Shown: positions 16,783-24,664 of the stretch, piece after piece
How positions within the stretch are numbered: position 1 is the stretch's first letter
Layout of the letters: each line of letters starts with the position of its first letter
Assembly (NCBI GenBank): GCA_963968475.1
Contig: CAXAHE010000002.1
Span: 14,250 to 46,249, forward strand
From: an uncultured Candidatus Poseidoniales archaeon
GTDB taxonomy: Archaea > Thermoplasmatota > Poseidoniia > Poseidoniales > Poseidoniaceae
Direction of reading: 5' to 3'
DNA length: 32,000 nucleotides
Made by a program: the position numbers and the translations under genes
Notes under the pieces: generated by a model
What the model saw: the letters and a program-made list of their open reading frames with translations, nothing else
Told to the model about the DNA's origin: nothing
Databases searched by the model: none

Positions 16783-19332
16783 ATGAGCCGAACTCTCGTC
16801 CTCAGTGCAGTTTTAATTTTCCTCTTTACTTCCGCTTCCCCCACATCGATGTTGCTTGATAATCAACAAGTGGAATCAGCAGGAGAAAGCGACACTGTCA
16901 TCATCTCAGAAATTCTTGTCTCCCCAAATGGAATGAAGAATAACGAGACATGTACGAACTGCTTCAATGCTACAGACTGGAACGCAGACGGAGATTACGG
17001 GAAGTTCTCAGATCAATTCATTGAACTTCACAATCCTACTTCACAAGCCATTAACGTCTCTAATTGGGTTCTTGATGACAAACCAGATGGTGGAAGTGCT
17101 CCATGTCAAATTGCCCGCAACACAGAGATTCCTGCAAATGGATACATCTCGATATTCATCAATGCATCACGAATTGAACTTGACTATTTCGATGGAGACA
17201 GCGTAACACTTTCCGATCCTAGCGGGACACTCATCGACCAGCTTTCCTATCCTGGCGAAGATTCGTGGTATGGCAACTCCTACATCCCATTGGAAAACGG
17301 TTCAATCTGGAAGGTAAGTCCCCCAACACCTGGCTTTGCTGAAGGAGAGTTTTTCCCTTCCGCACAAAACATGGTTGGATGTTTCGGAATCAGCGATGGT
17401 GGAAGAGTTGACGCAATGGTACTTCAAGGCCGAGTCGTCACAATGAATGCCGAAGCCGATGTTATCAACGAAGGTAATGTCCTCATCCGAGGCGGTAAAA
17501 TCGAAGCTGTCTGGGGAGACCAAATTCCAGCAAACGTCGATCTAACCAACGTTCCAATAATTGATACCAACGGAACGATTTATCCAGGCCTCATTGATTC
17601 GCACAACCATATGCATTACAACCACATCCCACTTTGGGACTTCGAAGTCCACACATCGTCAAAATCCGAAGAAGGTGGCTATTCAAACCGAAATCAGTGG
17701 AAGAATAATCCAAACTACAAACGAGACATTTCATGGATGAAGACATTCGTTCAGGGCGGCAGTATGTGGAATATGGCCGATGAGCAGATGAAGTATGCAG
17801 AAGTCATGGCTGTCGCAGGAGGAGTAACTTCCGTCCAAGGTTCACCAAGTTCCAACACTGATGCTTGGGACAGCATGCTTTCAAGAAACATCGAATTGTA
17901 CAACTTTGGTTGCTGCGATGATATCCACACAAAGGTAACCACTCTTGAAAGCGATTATGTAGGAAGCCATATCAAGAACGGAAACAACTCGAAGAACCTC
18001 AATGCATGGTACCTTCACCTCTCAGAAGGCGTTGACGAAGTTAGCCGAGCAGAATTCGATGTACTGGTACAAAATGACCTTCTCGTTGGAGAATTGATTG
18101 TAGTTCACGGAACTGCATTAACTGCAACTGAATTCGCAATGATGGGACAGGTTGGAGCCGATTTAGCATGGTCTCCTTTGTCGAATCTCCTCCTCTACGG
18201 AGACACAACTGATGTTGTAGCTGCTGACCAAGCCGGTGTAAGAATATCAATAGCACCAGATTGGGGACCAAGTGGATCCAAGAATGTCCTTCATGAACTC
18301 AAAGTCGCTGACGTTTGGAACAAGCAAGCCCTTGACGGCTACTTCTCCGATTATGAACTTGCAGCAATGACAACAAAGAACCCTGCTTTGGCGAACAACT
18401 GGGACGGATTCGTTGGAAGAGTAAACGCTGGTTTGTACGCTGACCTCGTCGTTGTCGACAACTTCCATGAAGACCCTTACAGAAACCTCATTGAAGCAGT
18501 TGACGCAGATATTCGATTAACCCTTGTTAATGGCCAACCTGTTTGGGGAGACATCGATATCATGACTGAACTGAAAGGAAATGATTGGGAGACTGTTACA
18601 GGTCCAGGATTTGACAAAGCAGTTGATGTAACCGACCGATCTGTTGCAGAAGGTACGCAATCATGGTCTACAATTCTCAGCAACATGGAGATGGCTATGG
18701 CGTTGAATGAAGCAGATATCGATTCCACATGGTCAGCAAACACTGACAGTTACAGTTCCATGCAAGGCAATGTACTGAATAATATATTCACTACTGGAGA
18801 TACACGTCACTTTGGAATCATTGAAGGTTCAAACCATGCAAATACGCATGTAGATTTGACCGTCTTACAGGATTATTACGATGTACCAATGATCAACGGA
18901 GAACGGACCGGAGTGAATGTCGTTTTCAGTCCACAAGACGGAAACAATGGTGGTTCAACAATCGATCCAGTTGACCCTGTGGACCCGGTTGACCCAGTGA
19001 ATCCGGTTGACCCAGTTGATCCGATAGACAATGGAGATACCAACGACACAGGCCGAGATGATTGCCCTCCAAATTGTATTCTTGGAGACGATATTGACGA
19101 CACAAAAGCGGAAGAAGACTCCTTAATCGGGCCTGGTATCCTCTTACTGATTATTGTCGTCATACTGCTTGCTGCTATTACGATCTTAACTCGAGAGACT
19201 GAGGAAGAAAAAGAATTCAGCGAAGACCAAACTGTCCTCATCGAGAAAGAATGGGAAAGTGAATCGTTCCAATTCGTTCCAGATATGCCACCATTATCGC
19301 CACCTCCAGGTGGCAAACTCGAAGAAGAGTAA
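16783..19332 (+). CDS. Surface-tethered metal-dependent amidohydrolase: signal peptide, lamin-tail domain (LTD), amidohydrolase barrel, (PVD)n stalk, C-terminal TM anchor, short cytoplasmic tail
   Basis: 849 aa. Signal MSRTLVLSAVLIFLFTSASP. LTD-like VIISEILVSPNG...FIELHNPTSQAINVSNWVLDD...VTLSDPSGTLIDQLSY. Amidohydrolase HxH motif PGLIDSHNHMHYNH, later VVHGTALT and IAPDWGPSGS. TM helix GPGILLLIIVVILLAAITIL. Confidence 0.82.
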   Translation: MSRTLVLSAVLIFLFTSASPTSMLLDNQQVESAGESDTVIISEILVSPNGMKNNETCTNCFNATDWNADGDYGKFSDQFIELHNPTSQAINVSNWVLDDKPDGGSAPCQIARNTEIPANGYISIFINASRIELDYFDGDSVTLSDPSGTLIDQLSYPGEDSWYGNSYIPLENGSIWKVSPPTPGFAEGEFFPSAQNMVGCFGISDGGRVDAMVLQGRVVTMNAEADVINEGNVLIRGGKIEAVWGDQIPANVDLTNVPIIDTNGTIYPGLIDSHNHMHYNHIPLWDFEVHTSSKSEEGGYSNRNQWKNNPNYKRDISWMKTFVQGGSMWNMADEQMKYAEVMAVAGGVTSVQGSPSSNTDAWDSMLSRNIELYNFGCCDDIHTKVTTLESDYVGSHIKNGNNSKNLNAWYLHLSEGVDEVSRAEFDVLVQNDLLVGELIVVHGTALTATEFAMMGQVGADLAWSPLSNLLLYGDTTDVVAADQAGVRISIAPDWGPSGSKNVLHELKVADVWNKQALDGYFSDYELAAMTTKNPALANNWDGFVGRVNAGLYADLVVVDNFHEDPYRNLIEAVDADIRLTLVNGQPVWGDIDIMTELKGNDWETVTGPGFDKAVDVTDRSVAEGTQSWSTILSNMEMAMALNEADIDSTWSANTDSYSSMQGNVLNNIFTTGDTRHFGIIEGSNHANTHVDLTVLQDYYDVPMINGERTGVNVVFSPQDGNNGGSTIDPVDPVDPVDPVNPVDPVDPIDNGDTNDTGRDDCPPNCILGDDIDDTKAEEDSLIGPGILLLIIVVILLAAITILTRETEEEKEFSEDQTVLIEKEWESESFQFVPDMPPLSPPPGGKLEEE
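18961..19029 (+). repeat. In-frame 9-bp tandem repeat encoding (P-V-D)x7 linker
   Basis: atc gat cca gtt gac cct gtg gac ccg gtt gac cca gtg aat ccg gtt gac cca gtt gat ccg ata gac encodes IDPVDPVDPVDPVNPVDPVDPID. Repeat units differ mostly at wobble positions. Confidence 0.9.
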
Positions 19333-20820
19333 TCAAGCGAAGTCCCATGTAGGGCCGTCTGGTGTATCCTTTACGACAACACCGAGTCCTGCTAATTCGT
19401 CTCTGATAGCATCAGCACGTGGCCAGTCCTTGTTCGCTCTTGCATCTGTTCTTTGGGCAAGAAGTTCCTCGACTTTAGGAGCAATCTCGACTCGACGGGG
19501 ATCTTCCTCAGGTTCTGCGAGAACAACTTCTGGCTCCGGTAATATTCCGAGAATTTGCCCTGCTGTTTCTTCCAACCAAACTTTCGCATAGTTGGCAACT
19601 GCACGAGAATCGCCTTCATCAAGTTCCATAGAAAGGACACGTTGCAATTCTTTTGTTGCTGCGAGAACTTTTGCTACAGCTTCACGGCTGTTGAAATCAT
19701 CATCCATTGCTCGGGCAAATCCTTCGGCCATCTTTTCAAGAAGACCAAGCGATTTGGAAAGAGGATTCATACTTGTAATATCGGCCATCGGCAAGTCATG
19801 AATTTGGCCTTCAGTACATCCACGAAGGGCAGATGCATAGACGTCGATAATACGGCTGTGATTTCGTTGAGCATCTTTCAGAAGTTGTTCGTTCATATCG
19901 ATGGGTGAACGGTAATGTGCATTGACCAGAGCGAATCTCAAGACCATTGGATCAATCTTTTTACGAATCTCTTGGATGGTCCAAAAGTTACCGAGTGATT
20001 TACTCATTTTCTCTCCATCGATGTTGACAAATCCATTGTGGAGCCAATATCCTGCAAGCGGAGAATGCCCTGTATGGCATTCGCTTTGGAATATTTCAGC
20101 CTCATGGTGAGGGAACCTCAAATCATGCCCTCCACCATGAATATCAAAGGATACTCCAAAGTGGTCGAGACTCATTGCGCTGCATTCAATATGCCACCCA
20201 GGACGACCTTCGCCCCAAGGAGAGGGCCATGTTGGCTCACCTGCCTTGGCTTGTTTCCATAATGCGAAATCTTTGTGATCACGTTTGGTATCTCCAGTAT
20301 CTTGGACTCTTCCGCCTGCTCCTTGTCGAACAGCGTCGATGGATTGTCCAGTGAGCTGACCATACTTGTCAGGAGCAGATTCTACATGGAAATAGACCCC
20401 ATCCTTGGCAGTATATGCATGGCCTTTCTGAATCAAATCCTCGATAATGTGAATCATTGAATCCACATATTCAGTACACCTTGGATAATGATCTGCACGA
20501 AGAATATTGAGTGAATCCATATCCTCATAATAGGTTTCTATGTTCTTTTCCACTAACACTTTCCAGTCTTCTCCAGATTCGATTGAACGCTTGATAATTT
20601 TATCATCAATGTCTGTGAAATTTTGAACATAATCGACATCATAGCCTGACGCTTCTAGCCAACGATGTATCAAATCAAAAGCGATGTAACATCGTGCATG
20701 ACCCAAATGACAGAGGTCGTAAACCGTTACTCCGCAAACATACATCCCTACTTTTCCAGGAGATTGTGTCTTAAATTCGACTTTTTCTCTGCGTCGGGTG
20801 TCGTGAAGGCGGAGTGGCAT
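19333..20820 (-). CDS. cysS: Cysteinyl-tRNA synthetase
   Basis: 495 aa. CGVTVYDLCHLGHARCY (HIGH = HLGH) and KMSKSLGN (KMSKS). ATG at 20820-20818. Confidence 0.94.
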   Translation of the reverse strand: MPLRLHDTRRREKVEFKTQSPGKVGMYVCGVTVYDLCHLGHARCYIAFDLIHRWLEASGYDVDYVQNFTDIDDKIIKRSIESGEDWKVLVEKNIETYYEDMDSLNILRADHYPRCTEYVDSMIHIIEDLIQKGHAYTAKDGVYFHVESAPDKYGQLTGQSIDAVRQGAGGRVQDTGDTKRDHKDFALWKQAKAGEPTWPSPWGEGRPGWHIECSAMSLDHFGVSFDIHGGGHDLRFPHHEAEIFQSECHTGHSPLAGYWLHNGFVNIDGEKMSKSLGNFWTIQEIRKKIDPMVLRFALVNAHYRSPIDMNEQLLKDAQRNHSRIIDVYASALRGCTEGQIHDLPMADITSMNPLSKSLGLLEKMAEGFARAMDDDFNSREAVAKVLAATKELQRVLSMELDEGDSRAVANYAKVWLEETAGQILGILPEPEVVLAEPEEDPRRVEIAPKVEELLAQRTDARANKDWPRADAIRDELAGLGVVVKDTPDGPTWDFA

Positions 20821-20885
20821 GTGAACAGGTCGACGGTGTAATCCCTCTCACTTGAAGGTTCATACGCAAGAGGGCCTACGCAGGC

Positions 20886-21629
20886 ATGAGACTCATGTTG
20901 GATTTGACTAAGAGTGATGGAATTGGGTACTTTAACAGAAAACTCAAGGACACTGATTTAATCCGAATTTCATGGATTTTACCAACAGTATCTATCATTT
21001 TAGCCTCCTTAATCCATTACTTTTCGGGAAATTACCGAGATATTCCGTTCTTCATTTCTGAAACAGACCATCCTGGCCTAGAGGATCACGTCTTTTCGGT
21101 AGGGCTGTTCTTGTCTGCAGTAATACAAGCAGTTGTTTCATTCAGGCTTTACATTTTGTTCAAACCAGTCGCTTCACCCAAATTACATCTCGTCGCTCTG
21201 CTTTGTGGATTAGCAACTTCGACTCACTTAGCAGTGTTAGCATTTGCAACAATGGATCAACATCTTGAGATTCACATATACACTGCTATGGTAGTCTTCC
21301 ATGGTGGCTTCGCATGGGCTTTTGCAACGCATTTTTCACTACCAAAATCAACTTCAAAGGGGCGTAAAGTACGTCTGTATTCCTTGGCATTGGCCTTTGT
21401 GTCTCTTGTCGTCATGAGTGTTTCAATTGGAGAAGGAATTAAGTCGGGAGAAAAGGAACTCGGAGTCCATTCTTCAGAGATTGGTTTGGATTATCTACAA
21501 CCGTGGGTTGATGTCGCTGCGCCAGCAGAATTTCTGCTCTTCTTTGGGCTCATCGGATGCCTCGCATCATTCCGCTGGGACATTGAGGAACACGCCTCCA
21601 AGGGTCAAGATACGCCTATCGAGGGTTGA
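20886..21629 (+). CDS. Six-TM membrane protein, Frag1/DRAM/Sfk1-like by motif
   Basis: 247 aa with six hydrophobic helices. After TM1 comes IPFFISETDHPGLEDHVFSVGL, resembling the P-Y-I-S-D-x-G...P-E...F signature of the Frag1/DRAM/TMEM150 family. TM4 is IHIYTAMVVFHGGFAWAF. Confidence 0.6.
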   Translation: MRLMLDLTKSDGIGYFNRKLKDTDLIRISWILPTVSIILASLIHYFSGNYRDIPFFISETDHPGLEDHVFSVGLFLSAVIQAVVSFRLYILFKPVASPKLHLVALLCGLATSTHLAVLAFATMDQHLEIHIYTAMVVFHGGFAWAFATHFSLPKSTSKGRKVRLYSLALAFVSLVVMSVSIGEGIKSGEKELGVHSSEIGLDYLQPWVDVAAPAEFLLFFGLIGCLASFRWDIEEHASKGQDTPIEG

Positions 21630-22556
21630 AAGAGCGACTGTGTTGGGATCAATACCCTGTTCACAAGAATCCTTCCATACATGAACGTTCATTCTCCGAT
21701 GAGATAAAATGTGCTTGATGCATCCAAGATATTCAAGTCCTTCACAATTGAGATTCTCATCCATTTGTGGACCCCATAGTCCAGCAAATAAACCTGAATC
21801 CGGACGTTGTATTAATTCAGGCTGACCATGAGCATCAACCTTGAGTATGCATTGAAGTTCGATTGACGTTTTCTTTTGTTTCTTAGGCCGTGGCAATTCA
21901 TTGGCTCGTAATGTCCCTTGGCAACTTTCACGCACTGGGCACTCGTTGCACCTAGGGTTTCTTGGCCGACAAACTAGGGCGCCTAGTTCCATCATGGCTT
22001 GATTCCAATCACCTGGATGTTCATGAACAATAATTCCATCAGCATACTCTTGAACATCTTTTACAGATGGATCATCATTGTTCGTTTGACGAGCCATGAC
22101 TCTGCGAACGTTTCCATCAACGCAGGCAACTGGATGAGAGAAGGCAATCGAGGCTACAGCAGCAGCAGTATACGGGCCAATGCCGGGCAAAGCAAGTAAT
22201 TCATCGTATGTTGTCGGAAGAACGCCATCGAAATCTGCTACAATAATTTCAGACAATGCATGGAGCCTTCTTGCCCTTGAGTAGTATCCTGCACCTTGCC
22301 ACATGAAGAGCACTTCATCAACCTCAGATTTGGCCATAGAAGATGGTGTAGGGAATCGTTCATACAAGCGCTTATGATATTCAATACCACGTTCCATCTG
22401 CGTTTGTTGAAGAAGAATCTCTGACAATAAGATCGACCAAGGAGATGGATTTAATCGCCAAGGTAAACTTCGCTGGTTTTGATAAAACCAATTCAAAAGA
22501 GCATCTTGTTTCAATTGTTCATCGCCTCCGGATGAGTAAGTACAAAGGTCATTCAA
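21567..22556 (-). CDS. mutY: A/G-specific adenine DNA glycosylase
   Basis: 329 aa. N-terminal RSLPWR. HhH-GPD LLALPGIGPYTAAAVASIAF. 4Fe-4S loop C-x6-C-x2-C-x5-C (CRPRNPRCNECPVRESC). C-terminal MutY-type NUDIX-like domain. The start codon is TTG; no in-frame ATG exists upstream of the conserved N-terminus. Confidence 0.88.
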   Translation of the reverse strand: MNDLCTYSSGGDEQLKQDALLNWFYQNQRSLPWRLNPSPWSILLSEILLQQTQMERGIEYHKRLYERFPTPSSMAKSEVDEVLFMWQGAGYYSRARRLHALSEIIVADFDGVLPTTYDELLALPGIGPYTAAAVASIAFSHPVACVDGNVRRVMARQTNNDDPSVKDVQEYADGIIVHEHPGDWNQAMMELGALVCRPRNPRCNECPVRESCQGTLRANELPRPKKQKKTSIELQCILKVDAHGQPELIQRPDSGLFAGLWGPQMDENLNCEGLEYLGCIKHILSHRRMNVHVWKDSCEQGIDPNTVALSTLDRRILTLGGVFLNVPAE

Positions 22557-24580
22557 GATGATTTAGCAGCTTCAATTTTTGCGTCATTCGATTTGATTTG
22601 CTCCCAAACAAGTTCTGCAATATCCTTTACTTCAATGTTTGAATCAATGGCCGACAATCCATCTGTAACCATTGTTGAACAGAATGGACATCCAACTGCA
22701 ACAGTATCTGCTCCAGTCGCTGCAAGTTCCTTCGCTCGAATGATGTTGACTCTGTCATTTCCTTCTGGGACAGACTCTTCCATCCACATCTGTGCGCCAC
22801 CTGCGCCACAGCAGAAAGAACCACGGCCATGACGTTCTGCTTCCACATCAACGCCGCCAATGGCGTCACGTGGAGCATCGTATTCTCCTCCTATCCGACC
22901 GAGATAACAAGGGTCGTGATATGTGACCGAACCATCATGCTTGGGTTCAGGAAGTTTGCCTTCGCCTTGAAGATGAGCAATCAACTGAGAGTGGTGCATC
23001 ACTTCGATGTCTTCTCCGCCATAGTCCTTGTATTCCTTACCAAGTGTATGGAAACAGTGAGGACAGGATGCAACGACTTTCTTTACACCAAGTTCGTTGA
23101 ACGTTTCCAGATTGGTTTCTGCAAGCATCTGGAAGAGATATTCGTTTCCTGCTCGACGTGCTGCATCTCCACTGCAACCTTCTTGCATTCCAAGAATACC
23201 GACATCCAATCCTGCTTCTTTCATAATTGAAATCGTGTCTCTTGCGACCTTTTTGTTGCGCTCGTCGAAGGAAGCTGCACAGCCGGCGAAGTAGATGTAT
23301 TCCGCAGGTTCTGCAACCTTGACATCAAGATCTGCAGCCCAATCGCCTCGCTCATGTGAAGGCAAACCGTAAGGATTTGAATCGGATTCTAAATTTTCAA
23401 TTGTCGCCATGAGTGGCATAATTGTATCTTCAACTGATTCGTCAAATTCCATACGTTCCATCATCAAGTGACGACGGGCGTCTGTGAGTTTAGGTACATG
23501 CTCAATATTGACAGGGCATACATCAACACAAGCATGACATGTTGTACATGCCCAGACTGCTTCTTCACCAAATCTGGCAATGATGTCTTCATCAGGTGTT
23601 TCTCCAGCGAGCAATTGCGATGAATGTTCGTTAGCATAATTACGTACATCATGAATGATTTGCATTGGATTGAGAGACTTACCAGAAGCATAGGCTGGAC
23701 AGACGTCCTGACAGCGAGCACAAGAAGTACAAGCCCATCCATCAATGAGACTTCTCCATGTGAGTTGTGTGAAAGTTGAGGCTCCAAAGGTTTCCAGTTC
23801 TAAATCCTCTAATGAGACTGCTGAACCACTTTCATCAATTGCAAGAGGTCGCATTTTTGCCATAGGCTCTGTGTCGAAGAATGCAACGTTAGGCAATGCC
23901 ATGACAAGATGCATGTGTTTTGAGAGTGGAATCAAGAAAAGGAACGTGCATATAGCAACCATGTGAGCCCAGTAGGCGATATTGATTGTACCTTGGCTTG
24001 GTGAAAAGGTATCGGCGACCCATGCACCAATCATTTCCCATGTCGGATCTGGATTCTCTCCTGCTTCTACAATGTAGGATGTGACACAGATGGTCATGAT
24101 CAGAAGTAAAATGACATTTCCCTCGAGTTGAGATTTTCCTTTCAACTTCTCAGGAGTGAAGAGAACTCTCCGATTGAGAGCAAGGAAACAACCAAGAAGA
24201 GCGCTTGTATATCCAAGTTCAACCATTCCATTCCAGATTCCGTTTAACATATCAGGAAGGATGTGGTCACTAAATCGATTGGCTGTTGCAAGGTCAAGCA
24301 TATCCGAGGAGAGCATCAAAAAGCCCCAGAACATCAATACGTGCATTGTTCCTGCAACTTTATCCTCCAAAACTTTCTTTTGACCAAGCCAAACTGTGAG
24401 CGTCTCTTTCAAGCGCTTGCCCCAAGAATCAAATCGCTTATCGGGAGCTCCGAGAAGAACCAATCGTGTTGCTTTTTGAACCTGATAGGAAAAGAAAGCA
24501 ATCGACACACCTCCGAGTATCAAAAGGAGGTAATACCCTTTGATTCCCGCGTAGTCAACGTCGAGTGGATGGACCATCAT
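22553..24580 (-). CDS. Membrane-bound Fe-S oxidoreductase: NarI/DsrM-like multi-TM domain fused to 2x[4Fe-4S] ferredoxin and two CCG (HdrD/DsrK/GlpC-like) cysteine-rich domains
   Basis: The track ORF starts at a TTG (24592). ATG codons at 24580 and 24577 (MMVHPLDV) are more likely. TM helices carry His residues (MHVLMFWGF, WAHMVAICTF, SKHMHLV). Ferredoxin motifs CTSCARCQDVCP and CTTCHACVDVCP. CCG-type motifs include GSFCCGAGG. Confidence 0.82.
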   Translation of the reverse strand: MMVHPLDVDYAGIKGYYLLLILGGVSIAFFSYQVQKATRLVLLGAPDKRFDSWGKRLKETLTVWLGQKKVLEDKVAGTMHVLMFWGFLMLSSDMLDLATANRFSDHILPDMLNGIWNGMVELGYTSALLGCFLALNRRVLFTPEKLKGKSQLEGNVILLLIMTICVTSYIVEAGENPDPTWEMIGAWVADTFSPSQGTINIAYWAHMVAICTFLFLIPLSKHMHLVMALPNVAFFDTEPMAKMRPLAIDESGSAVSLEDLELETFGASTFTQLTWRSLIDGWACTSCARCQDVCPAYASGKSLNPMQIIHDVRNYANEHSSQLLAGETPDEDIIARFGEEAVWACTTCHACVDVCPVNIEHVPKLTDARRHLMMERMEFDESVEDTIMPLMATIENLESDSNPYGLPSHERGDWAADLDVKVAEPAEYIYFAGCAASFDERNKKVARDTISIMKEAGLDVGILGMQEGCSGDAARRAGNEYLFQMLAETNLETFNELGVKKVVASCPHCFHTLGKEYKDYGGEDIEVMHHSQLIAHLQGEGKLPEPKHDGSVTYHDPCYLGRIGGEYDAPRDAIGGVDVEAERHGRGSFCCGAGGAQMWMEESVPEGNDRVNIIRAKELAATGADTVAVGCPFCSTMVTDGLSAIDSNIEVKDIAELVWEQIKSNDAKIEAAKSS

Positions 24581-24664
24581 AATCCAACCCAAGTGTATTC
24601 AATCCTTCAACCCAACGATTGAAACAATACCAATCCTAATGATTGTGAAACTACTGGGGAGACC

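Noticed and set aside
18961-19029. Tandem 9-bp repeat considered as a CRISPR-like or non-coding microsatellite element
   Set aside because: It has no spacers. It is in frame within a long ORF and encodes a PVD linker. It is not a CRISPR array.
24581-24592. TTG start for the Fe-S oxidoreductase
   Set aside because: Two ATG codons follow within 5 codons (24580, 24577). I cannot exclude the TTG start, but ATG is more parsimonious.
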